Part shown: positions 48,134-57,797 of the stretch, piece by piece | Layout of the letters: each line of letters begins with the position of its first letter | Numbering within the stretch: position 1 is the first letter of the stretch | Source: a virus | Length of the DNA stretch: 64,000 bases | Virus record (IMG/VR): IMGVR_UViG_3300044624_001039 | Coordinates: 5,475 to 69,474 of that record | Strand: one strand, 5' to 3' | Notes under the pieces: generated by a model | What the model was told of the DNA's origin: nothing | The model's input: only the letters and a program-made list of their open reading frames with translations | The model's database searches: none | Translations under genes and position numbers: made by a program

Positions 48134-48200
48134 ATATTTACCTTTATCATAGCGTATTTATCACACTATTTATAACTATATGGCTTAGGACACAACTATC

Positions 48201-48614
48201 TTAACCACCTAAAGTTTCCGAAGCAGGTGCTAATTGTGCAAAACTAGCTAACATTGACTCAACACTACTATTGTCAAAAGCCATAGCTAATACTTCAGCT
48301 TCGGTCTTGCTCAATCGTGTCAACATATCACTATTGCTAGCTACACTAGCTCTCTGTGCTTCATATTGGCCCTGTATTTCATTGGCCCACTGAGAATATG
48401 TACCCTCACCCAAGCCATTTACTGGAGTAATAACAGTCTCATCTGGTACAACACTCATGCAATAGTCAATACCATTACTATCTACAAACCAAAACTTAAC
48501 GTCTAATCCGTCAATTCTTGGATGTGTCTTACCATTAGGTCCCATGTTCTTATCAACAAAGAACTCTACTAAATTCTCACCATCAACGTAATAATGCTTT
48601 ATGTACTTAGCCAT
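48201..48614 (-). CDS. Hypothetical protein
   Basis: Coupled to the upstream oxygenase. Confidence 0.6.
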   Translation of the reverse strand: MAKYIKHYYVDGENLVEFFVDKNMGPNGKTHPRIDGLDVKFWFVDSNGIDYCMSVVPDETVITPVNGLGEGTYSQWANEIQGQYEAQRASVASNSDMLTRLSKTEAEVLAMAFDNSSVESMLASFAQLAPASETLGG

Positions 48615-49306
48615 GTTTTATCCTTTTTATTAGCTATAGGTTTATCAACACCTATATTATATTTATGATTAATCATATTAGTTTCGTCTTCCATACTTGG
48701 AAAACCCTTAACTGTCATCCAATTTACTATACTATATCTGGTTCCTTTAGTAACAGCTTCAACCCCATGCAAATACTCATGCGTAGAGGGAAAACAAACT
48801 AACATTCCCGGTTCTGGACGAACTCTTACTCTTAACTCAGGAAATACAAAATCTCCACCTTCAAAATCATCATTTAAAAACAATACTGTACTCAAATCTC
48901 TATCAGTACTTTTACGCCAAATCAATGGTTCATTGCCAGGTGGCTTCCACAATGATTGACCGTCACAATGCGGTAAGTAATGACCATCTATTCCATAATG
49001 CAATAGTTGCGGCAACTCAGAATCTTTAATCTCAAACTCATAGAATGGATTGATAACATTGGTTACAACATTACGAAACAAATCAATAATCTCATCAGCA
49101 ATATCTTCTAGGTCAATCATCTGTGTATCTCTAACTTTTTTGTCTACACTAAATTTGGTACTTTTACTTTTGTTACTTTGTTCTGGATCAAATACAGATA
49201 AATCAACTTTTTGCTGCCTTTTGGCATGATTCATAATGAACTCTACACCCTCTTTGGAAATCACATTGGGTGCAATTAATATGTTACTTAGTGGATTATG
49301 TTTCAT
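48599..49306 (-). CDS. 2OG-Fe(II) oxygenase, prolyl 4-hydroxylase-like
   Basis: HCD, RDLSTVLFLNDDFEGG, HGVEAVTKGTRYSIVNW. Confidence 0.88.
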   Translation of the reverse strand: MKHNPLSNILIAPNVISKEGVEFIMNHAKRQQKVDLSVFDPEQSNKSKSTKFSVDKKVRDTQMIDLEDIADEIIDLFRNVVTNVINPFYEFEIKDSELPQLLHYGIDGHYLPHCDGQSLWKPPGNEPLIWRKSTDRDLSTVLFLNDDFEGGDFVFPELRVRVRPEPGMLVCFPSTHEYLHGVEAVTKGTRYSIVNWMTVKGFPSMEDETNMINHKYNIGVDKPIANKKDKTWLST

Positions 49307-51123
49307 TTACTATTCCATTTGTCATTAAACAAACTCTTTGGTGATACTTCTGGTTTACTATGTGTTGATGGCTTCTCGTGCATTCTGTCTAATCTTTCAG
49401 TAATACCAATACGTTCAGTAACCTTCTCATTTGCTAATGCTAGTATATCACTACTGGTTACTTCTTCAATACCAGCAACAACTTTCTTCTGTAACTCTAA
49501 TAAGAATTCTACACTATGCTCACCACCAGTCAATGCTTTACCTAAATCAGGAAAGTCATTCTTAACACGATTTACATCACCTGAAATCAATGTAGGTGCA
49601 CTGGCTCTACGCATACTGTGAATGTTACCGACACCAATCCCAGTGTTCCGACTAATCATCTCATCCATAGCTTGGTTAGCTAATCTACGCTCCCAATATA
49701 CATGGTCTTCATTCTCAAACTGTTCACGAGTTATTGGACCACCATTCTGTTCTACTAATCTATCTAAAATCTTATCAAACGTAGCAATCTGCTGTACCCG
49801 ATCACGTATCTCTAACTCACTACTCTTTAAGAAGTTTTGTAGATTTAAATAATCTAAATCATACCAACACAACTTAGTACCACCATCTTTAGTTGGCCAT
49901 TGAATTGGTTCTTCTTTGTTTTTCTTATTCCACTTATAATCAAACTCACGTTGATGTTCTTTCATCTCAGTAATCTTGCTGAATAATCCTTCTGCCATAA
50001 TTCTACGATTCTTCAACATAGCATTGAATGCACTTGGAATTGTATAGTTATCCAGTGTGATAAACTTTTCAATTTGGAAGTTACTACGCCCTTGAGCATG
50101 TTCTTTATCTGCTTCTTCCCAGCGAAAGATTTCGTCAAATACTTGTGTTAGTATTTTTTCATCATGTACAATCTTATCACCTGTATGTGATGTTAGATTA
50201 GATATTTCCATTTTCTTTTTCATTGTTGATCCTTTTGTTGATAGTTTGTTTAGTAGAATATGCCATTCTTTGGCAATAGTGTTCCAGTTATAGTATTCAC
50301 AAGCCCATTCAGCCTGTTCCCTAGTATGTGTATATTTAGTTTGTGATAGTGCTTGGCAAATATTATGTGCAAAATCATCTAAAAACTTTTTACTCGGTAT
50401 CCATCCACTTGGATGATATTGTGCATCTAATGGAACAATAGTTCCATAACCATTACTTGTTTCGGGTAATGCACCTATATCACTTAATACTGGGTAACAT
50501 CCTGAACGCATCGCTTCAATCAACGTAACACAGCTTGTTTCTTCCCAAATATTTGGATAAACAAGTAATGATGCTTCACTAAATTCATTAGCAAGTTGTT
50601 GATGATTTATTGGTTCACTATAATATGTGTTTGGTGTATTTTGTAATTCTTTGTATATTTGTTTAAACTCTTGTGTATCACTGTTACCATACAATTTCAT
50701 ACCCGAGAATACTTTAAGTATTGCGTCTGGATGTTGTTTTAGTACTTGTTTAAAGATATAGGGTAGATATTTTAGTCCACGAAATGGTGTACTAGCGTAT
50801 ATAAGAGTTTTGTTTGTTTTTTGTTTATATGTAAAATAGTCTGCACCGCCATTACGTATTACAGATATCTTATGTTTTGGTATGTTAAGATATTTAATGA
50901 ATTGAGTTTTTTGCCATTCACTTACACATACAATATGTGTTATTTTAGTCCAATCAACGTTTAAGAAGATTGGTTGATCGTGGGCGTAGTGTGCCCAGAG
51001 TATCTTTATTTGTTTATTGCTATTGATTAGTTTATGTGGGTCAAAATCTACTAAAGTATCAGTCGGGAAATTGATATGTTCTTGTAAAAAATGAAACCCA
51101 GATTGGGTAGCACCTAACATCAT
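49303..51123 (-). CDS. GT-B glycosyltransferase fused to a coiled-coil domain
   Basis: VCVSEWQ, YASTPFRGL, YPNIWEETSCVTLIEA, GALPET; C-terminal RSNFQIEKF...YWERRL. Confidence 0.8.
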   Translation of the reverse strand: MMLGATQSGFHFLQEHINFPTDTLVDFDPHKLINSNKQIKILWAHYAHDQPIFLNVDWTKITHIVCVSEWQKTQFIKYLNIPKHKISVIRNGGADYFTYKQKTNKTLIYASTPFRGLKYLPYIFKQVLKQHPDAILKVFSGMKLYGNSDTQEFKQIYKELQNTPNTYYSEPINHQQLANEFSEASLLVYPNIWEETSCVTLIEAMRSGCYPVLSDIGALPETSNGYGTIVPLDAQYHPSGWIPSKKFLDDFAHNICQALSQTKYTHTREQAEWACEYYNWNTIAKEWHILLNKLSTKGSTMKKKMEISNLTSHTGDKIVHDEKILTQVFDEIFRWEEADKEHAQGRSNFQIEKFITLDNYTIPSAFNAMLKNRRIMAEGLFSKITEMKEHQREFDYKWNKKNKEEPIQWPTKDGGTKLCWYDLDYLNLQNFLKSSELEIRDRVQQIATFDKILDRLVEQNGGPITREQFENEDHVYWERRLANQAMDEMISRNTGIGVGNIHSMRRASAPTLISGDVNRVKNDFPDLGKALTGGEHSVEFLLELQKKVVAGIEEVTSSDILALANEKVTERIGITERLDRMHEKPSTHSKPEVSPKSLFNDKWNSK

Positions 51124-51126
51124 TTT

Positions 51127-52089
51127 TTATTGTATACCACCTGCAGCGGCCATTCTCTGAGAATATGCACTAAGTGGACCGACTAAACTTGCAGTTGCAG
51201 TATCAGTTGCAAATGTTATTCGGTTAACTGTTGACACCGGTCCATTGCCGCCACCAAACCACGCATCAGTTGTATTACTCACCGCCGACAAAAAATATCT
51301 AGCAGAACTAAGTGGACCACGCACACTAGCAGTTACAGTATCGTTTGCATATGTGATTCTATCTACTATTGAAAGGCTGCCCGGTGAAGTTGTGCCACCA
51401 CCAAACCAACCGTCAGTGGTATTACCCGCCGCGGCTAAACGCTGTCTAGCCAAACTAAGTGGACCACGTACACTAGCGGTTGCAGTATCGTTTGCATATG
51501 TGATTCGGTCTACCGTTGAACGGTTGATGTTGGGTGAGGCCGGGACGTATCCTCCACCAAACCAGCCATAATCACTATCACCTGCAGCCGCAAAAAGCCT
51601 TCTAGCCACACTAAGTGGGCCCCGCACTGACGCGGTTGCAGTATCGGTTGCATATGTAATTAGTTGTACCGTTGAACCGGGTGCTCCACCTGTGCCGCCA
51701 CCAAACCAGCCATTAGTAGTATTACCTGCAGCGGCCATTTGATAGGTAGCCGCACTAAGTGGACCACGTACACTAGCGGTTGCAGTATCGGTTACAAATG
51801 TTATTCGGTCTACGACTGATAAACCTCCTGCACCTCCTGCACCTCCTGCAAACCAACCGTAAGTAAAATTACTGGAGGCAGCCATATCACTTTTATTTCC
51901 AGTAAGTGGTCCACGAACACTTGCAATTGCAGTATCGGTTGCATATGTGATTCGTTGTACGGTTGAGGTACGACCGTATGTCGGTGACAAATATCCACCG
52001 CCAAACCAACCCGCTGTGTTTTGTGGGGGTGCACCTTCCATACTAACACCGCCCGAAAATGATATTCCACCTGTTATTGTTACTGACAT
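51127..52089 (-). CDS. Six-bladed Kelch-like repeat protein, family A
   Basis: Six repeats; MSVTITGGISFSGG leader. Confidence 0.75.
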   Translation of the reverse strand: MSVTITGGISFSGGVSMEGAPPQNTAGWFGGGYLSPTYGRTSTVQRITYATDTAIASVRGPLTGNKSDMAASSNFTYGWFAGGAGGAGGLSVVDRITFVTDTATASVRGPLSAATYQMAAAGNTTNGWFGGGTGGAPGSTVQLITYATDTATASVRGPLSVARRLFAAAGDSDYGWFGGGYVPASPNINRSTVDRITYANDTATASVRGPLSLARQRLAAAGNTTDGWFGGGTTSPGSLSIVDRITYANDTVTASVRGPLSSARYFLSAVSNTTDAWFGGGNGPVSTVNRITFATDTATASLVGPLSAYSQRMAAAGGIQ

Positions 52090-52104
52090 TTTATATTCTT
52101 TCTT

Positions 52105-53079
52105 TTATTGTACACCGGAGGTTGTAGAGGTAGAGTATACGGCAGCATTTAATGGGCCGCGAACACTAGCTGTTGCAGTATCTGTTGCATATGTTATTCT
52201 ATCAACAGTTGATCTACTGCCTCCGCCACTATTTACATAACCGCCGCCAAACCAACCATTAGTATTATCGAAGGCTGCAGACAGTAGCTGTCTACGTACA
52301 GTTAATGGTCCACGGCTGCTTAATGCGGCTGTATCATTTGCAAATGTCATACGATTTACTACCGATGTTACATATGGGGGTGTGGGTGTAATGCCCAGGT
52401 AACCTCCGCCAAACCAGCCATATGTAGTAGAATCCGTGACTGCTGCCATGGCCCGATTAGCTTCACTTAATGGCCCGCGGTCGATTGCAACATTAGTATC
52501 AGATACATATGTTATCCTAGATACAGTAGATACGACTCTAGCTGGACCCGGTGCAAAGCCACCGGCAAACCATCCATATTCATTTGTACCAGTAGCGGTC
52601 ATATTATATGAAGTATAACTTAGTGGACCTACGCCAGTAGCTGTTGCTGTATCTGTTGCATATGTTATACGTGATACTGCACTTGTGTTATTGGTAGTAT
52701 AACCGCCACCAAACCACCCATATGTGTCAGTGGTAGAGGCTGCTAATTGACGTACGGAACGATTTAATGGCCCTCTAACAGAAGCAGTATTAGTATCTGA
52801 TGCAAAAGTTATTCTACCTACAGTAGACGATGGTGGATTATTACCACCGGCATACCATCCATAAGTAAGTGTTCCTGTAGCGGCTTGATCGGTGAATGAG
52901 CCGCTTAATGGACCCCTGACTGATGTACTTGCAGTATCTGTTGCAAATGTAATACGCTGTACAGTTGATCCAGTAGATCCACCTGCCCACCATCCTGCTG
53001 TTGCTGTTGATGGTGGTGCAAATTCCATAGTCAATCCACCCCCGCTAAATGTAATTCCTGCTGTAATCGTTACTGGCAT
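52105..53079 (-). CDS. Six-bladed Kelch-like repeat protein, family A
   Basis: Six repeats; MPVTITAGITFSGGG leader; ATAAATA at 53099-53105. Confidence 0.75.
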   Translation of the reverse strand: MPVTITAGITFSGGGLTMEFAPPSTATAGWWAGGSTGSTVQRITFATDTASTSVRGPLSGSFTDQAATGTLTYGWYAGGNNPPSSTVGRITFASDTNTASVRGPLNRSVRQLAASTTDTYGWFGGGYTTNNTSAVSRITYATDTATATGVGPLSYTSYNMTATGTNEYGWFAGGFAPGPARVVSTVSRITYVSDTNVAIDRGPLSEANRAMAAVTDSTTYGWFGGGYLGITPTPPYVTSVVNRMTFANDTAALSSRGPLTVRRQLLSAAFDNTNGWFGGGYVNSGGGSRSTVDRITYATDTATASVRGPLNAAVYSTSTTSGVQ

Positions 53080-53110
53080 AATATATCTCTCTTTAATATA
53101 TTTATCAATA

Positions 53111-53956
53111 TTATATACTAAACAGCTTGATTTTACTCGGTTTTACAACTTCTCTCCAATATTCTAATTTAGAATACTCTCTAACTAACTCAATACCTAA
53201 TATCTCTACTGGATCTAAATTCCTACTGGCTAATTTAGGTCGTACACTATGCATACCCTCTAAATTGTAAGTTACATCATCTACGGGTGTTACATTCTTA
53301 ATATTATTAAAAACAAACTTATACGACGGAATATCTAAAAAATCAACAATATCACTCAATGTTTCTTCCGGATTACTAACTAAATCATCATACTCTACTA
53401 TATGCATACAGGCTTTTACACTTGGATTATTGTAACCCTGATACATACTCCATAAACTCTGATTTACAATACCCGTAGGTTGCATCAAATAATAACATCG
53501 GTTCTTAGTGTTCAATTCCATACGATTGTCTACTAACCAACGGTCAATAAAGTTATCACCGGGATTATTGCTACGATTTACTAAATCAATAAAACTAGCT
53601 AAGATAGATGGTACATCTCTAACAATACATACAATCTTTGGCTTTGTAGTTATAAACTTACATATTCTATCAGTGTTGTTAGGCCATGCACGATTGTTAT
53701 CCATTATGTACTTTTTAGGTATATTCTTATAGTACTCTCTGGGTAATGATTCTAATACATTTTGTTTAGCTACTGGTTGTGGATTAGCACTATACGCTTC
53801 ACTACCTTCATCAAAGTATTTCTCTGTATAATATAACAACTCTACAGTAGGGCTTAATGGACTTACATACAAGTCTGGATGTTGATTCATTACTGAAGCT
53901 AGCATAGTGCCACCAGCTCTTGGTAATCCACTATAAAAAAAGAACTCTTGTTTCAT
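53111..53956 (-). CDS. PAPS-dependent sulfotransferase
   Basis: SGLPRAGGTML (5'-PSB), NQHP, VRDVPSILAS (3'-PB), VEYDDLVSNP. Confidence 0.82.
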   Translation of the reverse strand: MKQEFFFYSGLPRAGGTMLASVMNQHPDLYVSPLSPTVELLYYTEKYFDEGSEAYSANPQPVAKQNVLESLPREYYKNIPKKYIMDNNRAWPNNTDRICKFITTKPKIVCIVRDVPSILASFIDLVNRSNNPGDNFIDRWLVDNRMELNTKNRCYYLMQPTGIVNQSLWSMYQGYNNPSVKACMHIVEYDDLVSNPEETLSDIVDFLDIPSYKFVFNNIKNVTPVDDVTYNLEGMHSVRPKLASRNLDPVEILGIELVREYSKLEYWREVVKPSKIKLFSI

Positions 53957-53957
53957 A

Positions 53958-54452
53958 TTAATTTGTTTCTGTCATCATTTGTTTCATACGTAGTTTAGTA
54001 GCTTCGGACACATTCATAGTACGTTCTAGTTCTTCATAACTCCACGCACCATTGTGCCAAAATGCACCATTATCTAAATTATAACTTTTGGGTAAATACG
54101 CAGGATCAAAGTAACTTAGTAGTTCTTCAGTTGTATTGATTTTAACTACATCTTCACCAAACCATTCATAACATATTTCGCTACTAACAATACATGGTAT
54201 ATGAGTATACTGTCTACGATGTGTTAACGCAAACAATCTGGACACACCACTTGGTCCTGCATGTACCTGTTGTTCGTCATGTATAATTATTTGTATTGGA
54301 TCTATATGTTTACTATTATCCATATGTTCTAGTATTGCACCTAGATAGTCATAACGACTTCTTGGATGATTTGGCATATGACACCAACCATCTTCACCGG
54401 TTTGTGTGATACGATTTATAGGGAAGTTTGGTACAAAGTATGCTTGTTTCAT
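53958..54452 (-). CDS. Hypothetical protein (possible ParB/Srx-like fold)
   Basis: DPIQI...G.SRL.A...IPCIV. Confidence 0.4.
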   Translation of the reverse strand: MKQAYFVPNFPINRITQTGEDGWCHMPNHPRSRYDYLGAILEHMDNSKHIDPIQIIIHDEQQVHAGPSGVSRLFALTHRRQYTHIPCIVSSEICYEWFGEDVVKINTTEELLSYFDPAYLPKSYNLDNGAFWHNGAWSYEELERTMNVSEATKLRMKQMMTETN

Positions 54453-55063
54453 TTTTGTTTTGTAAAGAAGAATAGCATAACCAATCTGCCGTTATCCATA
54501 CAATCACCAAAGTTATCACCATGACTGTGCCATAATAACGGATCAAACAATACTAAACGATTATACTTCATTGGACTAGATGCATAGCGTGTCCATAATG
54601 TTTTATCAAGCCCATCACCATAGATTACATTTCTACGTAGTTCTTCATAGTTAGTGAAGCCTAAATATTTACCTTCTTCTGGTGTAGCTGGAGCACGTTC
54701 TATACCTAATCTATTATGATAATAAAAGTGTGTTCCAGATTCTGGACGACATTGATTTGGTGTATTAAGATATAGTACACCGCCCACATCCCAACCTGGA
54801 TCAATATGTATATTTTGTTCAAAGGTATCAGTTGCTAAACTAATTCTAAAGTAACCGCAACTACTGCCCTCTGCCGGGATTAAGTAATCACCCCAACGAT
54901 TTTGCACCTTCTCTAACATTTCTTCTGTGAAGTAAGATTTATCAGAGTTTTTGCCTGGATATGTATGATCTTTTGGTTCCGGATAATTTGAGTTCAATGC
55001 GTTTAATCGCATTTGATATGGATCATCTAAAAAGTCATCAATGATTACGATATTAGTTTTCAT
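54449..55063 (-). CDS. 2OG-Fe(II) oxygenase (DUF6445-like)
   Basis: IIDDFLDDP, YPG, HID, GVLYLN, GT.FY, YNRLVLFD...HSH, RL. Confidence 0.75.
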   Translation of the reverse strand: MKTNIVIIDDFLDDPYQMRLNALNSNYPEPKDHTYPGKNSDKSYFTEEMLEKVQNRWGDYLIPAEGSSCGYFRISLATDTFEQNIHIDPGWDVGGVLYLNTPNQCRPESGTHFYYHNRLGIERAPATPEEGKYLGFTNYEELRRNVIYGDGLDKTLWTRYASSPMKYNRLVLFDPLLWHSHGDNFGDCMDNGRLVMLFFFTKQK

Positions 55064-55719
55064 TATAGTTCCTGAAAGACATGACTACCAACGTGACATA
55101 GATTGATACTAGTATCCATCCAAGCTTGCATTCCAGTACTACGGGCCCTAGTGAAGAAGCTTAAATCTTCTGGTAGATAGATATCACCCTGACGCATTTC
55201 ATGGAAGTAGTGATAGCTGTTATCATATTCCTGTTCAGTTGGGTTATGAGTAGTGCTTTCGTTTGTTGGTGTATATTTAAGATCTGGGTATTGTTTTGCA
55301 ATACGAATGAATACGTTACGGTGAATGAGACTGAAGCCGATACCAATTTTATCTATAGCTACTAGATCACCTTCACGTTGTGGTGGTTGAGTGAGTGTGA
55401 AGTTCCATTTTAGTGGTATAGTTTTCATTGGGTAAGCACCGCATACCATTTCTTTATTGTGATTAAGAAGTTTTAGTACATCATCAGCTTCAAATCCAAC
55501 ATCGCTATCTAAAAAGAATAGATATTCAAAATCAGTATTGTTTATGAAGAAGTTAGCTATACGGCTGCGACCACGACTTATTAAACTTTCGTTTGCAAGT
55601 GTGAGCATACCGTGATCTATGTTATTTCTAACAAATTGTTTACCCAATTTAAAGAGGCTGTTGGTTGTTTTATCTGATACTACTCCGCCGTAGCAAGGCA
55701 TTCCTATTAATATTGACAT
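55063..55719 (-). CDS. GT-A-fold glycosyltransferase-like protein
   Basis: IGMPCYGG, ESLISRGR, FLDSD, GAYP.K, GIGF.LI.R, EDLSF, HVG. Confidence 0.75.
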   Translation of the reverse strand: MSILIGMPCYGGVVSDKTTNSLFKLGKQFVRNNIDHGMLTLANESLISRGRSRIANFFINNTDFEYLFFLDSDVGFEADDVLKLLNHNKEMVCGAYPMKTIPLKWNFTLTQPPQREGDLVAIDKIGIGFSLIHRNVFIRIAKQYPDLKYTPTNESTTHNPTEQEYDNSYHYFHEMRQGDIYLPEDLSFFTRARSTGMQAWMDTSINLCHVGSHVFQEL

Positions 55720-55780
55720 GTAGATATTTAGTAGGAAATATCTGTTGTCAAAATATTATTGACATTTGTTATTACTTTTT

Positions 55781-56356
55781 CTATTGAAATATTTCAGGAT
55801 GTGCTTTACCAAATATTTTAATATATTTTCCAGCCATCATATCCGCTTCTGCTTCTATTGGACTACCCGGATAACTATCACCCGGCTTAATCATATTTAA
55901 TTCACCCTGACGTACATGAACCAATTCATGGAATACTGTACGAAATATATCTACTAAATTTCTATTAGCACAATAAACCCATACTTCACCTGTTTCTGGA
56001 TTATGTCTTCCAGTATGATGACCCTCTTGTGCTTCTTTACTATCATAACTAAACTCTATCTTTGGTGTACTTTCTAAATTTAACTTCTTACTTGTCCAAG
56101 CAAGAAACTTCTGTACAATAGGATTATTATTCAAATCTGCTTGACCATCTTCATCTAGTTTACCTTTAATCCAATTGTCTGGAGTTTTGTGATATTTTCT
56201 AACAAATAAGTCATGTAATGCATCACCGGTTATACGATGCTTCTTTGCTATACTTCTCATTAGTTTATCAATGGTATTATAGTCGTGTTTCTCTAAGCTA
56301 GGAAGTTTCTTAGCTAGTTCACTTGCGGCTGATTCGTATAGTTCTATTGCTCTCAT
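55781..56356 (-). CDS. Zincin-like metallopeptidase domain protein with capsid-targeting-like leader
   Basis: True start likely MRAIELYE, just after ATAAATA (56362-56368); HELVH...EAEAD. Confidence 0.65.
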   Translation of the reverse strand: MRAIELYESAASELAKKLPSLEKHDYNTIDKLMRSIAKKHRITGDALHDLFVRKYHKTPDNWIKGKLDEDGQADLNNNPIVQKFLAWTSKKLNLESTPKIEFSYDSKEAQEGHHTGRHNPETGEVWVYCANRNLVDIFRTVFHELVHVRQGELNMIKPGDSYPGSPIEAEADMMAGKYIKIFGKAHPEIFQ

Positions 56357-56368
56357 ATTAGTATTTAT

Positions 56369-56464
56369 GCTCACTTTAAACAGAGTCTGGCGTAACTCTG
56401 AACCAGGCAGCAGCCGCCTGCTTGACGCCATTAACCGTTGACGACAACGTGCCCTAAGGTGGGT
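56369..56464 (+). ncRNA. Candidate structured RNA (multi-stem junction with pseudoknot)
   Basis: GC-rich intergenic stretch with stems CAGAGU/ACUCUG, CAGGC/GCCUG and CGUUG/CAACG, closing stem GCUCACUUU/AAGGUGGGU, and loop UGGCGU complementary to ACGCCA. Confidence 0.6.
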
Positions 56465-56901
56465 TAGTTACACCAAGAAGTTTTAGCTTCTCCGTAGTAT
56501 TCTCTTGCAAATCCATTCTGTATTAACATTGTTCTTAAACTTTGTCCATCAAGTAATATATCACCCAATACACGTCCACCATACTTATCCCAATCAGCAA
56601 TAGCTACTTGACGTTTTTGTGCTTTAGTTATAGCATTTTTTGTGAATGCAGAAGCAGCCTGACCACGTTGATCTTCAGCTGGACATTGCGCTCTATGACC
56701 TTTTTCAGGTGTATCAACACCAAATACACGAATACTTAATTCTTGTTTTAATGGTGGAGGTAAGAACGGTGCTTGAAATGCTACAGTATCGCCATCAATA
56801 ACTCTAGTGATTGTAAAATCATATACATTCATTGGTTTTTGTTTTTGTGCAAATGCTATAGTAGATATTGCTAATAATATGATTGTTATTATTTTTTTCA
56901 T
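56464..56901 (-). CDS. Secreted thermonuclease (SNase family)
   Basis: Signal peptide; VIDGDT, IRVFGVDTPE, DKYGGRVLG. Confidence 0.9.
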   Translation of the reverse strand: MKKIITIILLAISTIAFAQKQKPMNVYDFTITRVIDGDTVAFQAPFLPPPLKQELSIRVFGVDTPEKGHRAQCPAEDQRGQAASAFTKNAITKAQKRQVAIADWDKYGGRVLGDILLDGQSLRTMLIQNGFAREYYGEAKTSWCN

Positions 56902-56911
56902 TTAGTTGTCT

Positions 56912-57793
56912 TTATAAAATATTTTTGTAATCAATAAACTTTGCATGTCTATCTTGTAATCCACGTAGTGCTGGATTAATCTTTTTTGTTACTGCCTTTG
57001 TATCGTTAAAGTTATTTATATGTGGTTTAACTCTTGTTTGCCAATACCATACTGCAATCTTGGCTGCGATATCAGGTCTTTCTGCTAATTCAGGTTGATT
57101 TAATAAATCAATACCTAATGCTTGACTAGCCATACGATAGTTATCACGTCCGGTCAATTGAATGAAGCCACGACCATGATATTTTTCTCCATCACCTACA
57201 TATTTATTACCTAATATCTTTGCAGTACGTGGTGCATATTGGCGATCATATTTCTTAGCAAAATATCCTTGACCAACACTTTTTTCTTTTAGTCTACTAA
57301 AATTCCATGATTCATGTTTAGTTTGAGCCATAAACTGTGCTAATTCAGTACCAACTATACCGGCAGCTACCGCGGCTTTATGTAATAAACTTTCAATTTG
57401 AGGATAGTTACTTAATGTAGTTATGGGAGCTTCTTTTTGTGGTTCTATCGGTGTGTCTTTATTAACAGTATTGTTAGGTTTTGTATCTCTAGTGCCTAAT
57501 GCAGCCATGCCAGCTAACCCACCAAGAAAACCTCTACGACTTAAATCTTCTAATACTTTACGATTTTTTACTTTACTAATCTCAATACTTATTGGTGTAT
57601 TAGTTGTTTTTGCTCTAAATATATTATCAGTCTCACGTACCCCTGGCTTAAGTTCAGATGCTACAATTAAGAATCTTGCTCTATTCTTTTTTATGCCAAC
57701 AAACTCACCAACTAATACTTGATAGTTGGGATAATTTGGTGTCAAATCTACTTTAGGATTTGCTTGTTCGGTAATAAACTCTGTAGCTCTCAT
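56912..57793 (-). CDS. GH19 lysozyme/chitinase-family protein
   Basis: FMAQTKHES, GDGEKYHGRGFIQLTGRDNY, A.WYW, TKKIN; likely start MRATEFITE; internal SRRGFL. Confidence 0.88.
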   Translation of the reverse strand: MRATEFITEQANPKVDLTPNYPNYQVLVGEFVGIKKNRARFLIVASELKPGVRETDNIFRAKTTNTPISIEISKVKNRKVLEDLSRRGFLGGLAGMAALGTRDTKPNNTVNKDTPIEPQKEAPITTLSNYPQIESLLHKAAVAAGIVGTELAQFMAQTKHESWNFSRLKEKSVGQGYFAKKYDRQYAPRTAKILGNKYVGDGEKYHGRGFIQLTGRDNYRMASQALGIDLLNQPELAERPDIAAKIAVWYWQTRVKPHINNFNDTKAVTKKINPALRGLQDRHAKFIDYKNIL

Positions 57794-57797
57794 TATT

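Noticed and set aside
56357-56431. N-terminal extension MASSRRLLPG... of ORF 55781-56431
   Set aside because: It runs through the structured element and the late promoter; MRAIELYE at 56356 is the better start.
56369-56464. tRNA, rRNA fragment, SAM-I riboswitch or hammerhead ribozyme
   Set aside because: No T-loop GTTCRA or cloverleaf, only a 10-nt match to 16S, no AUC..GAU P1 or GCAAC/GUGC core, and no CUGAUGA/GAAA.
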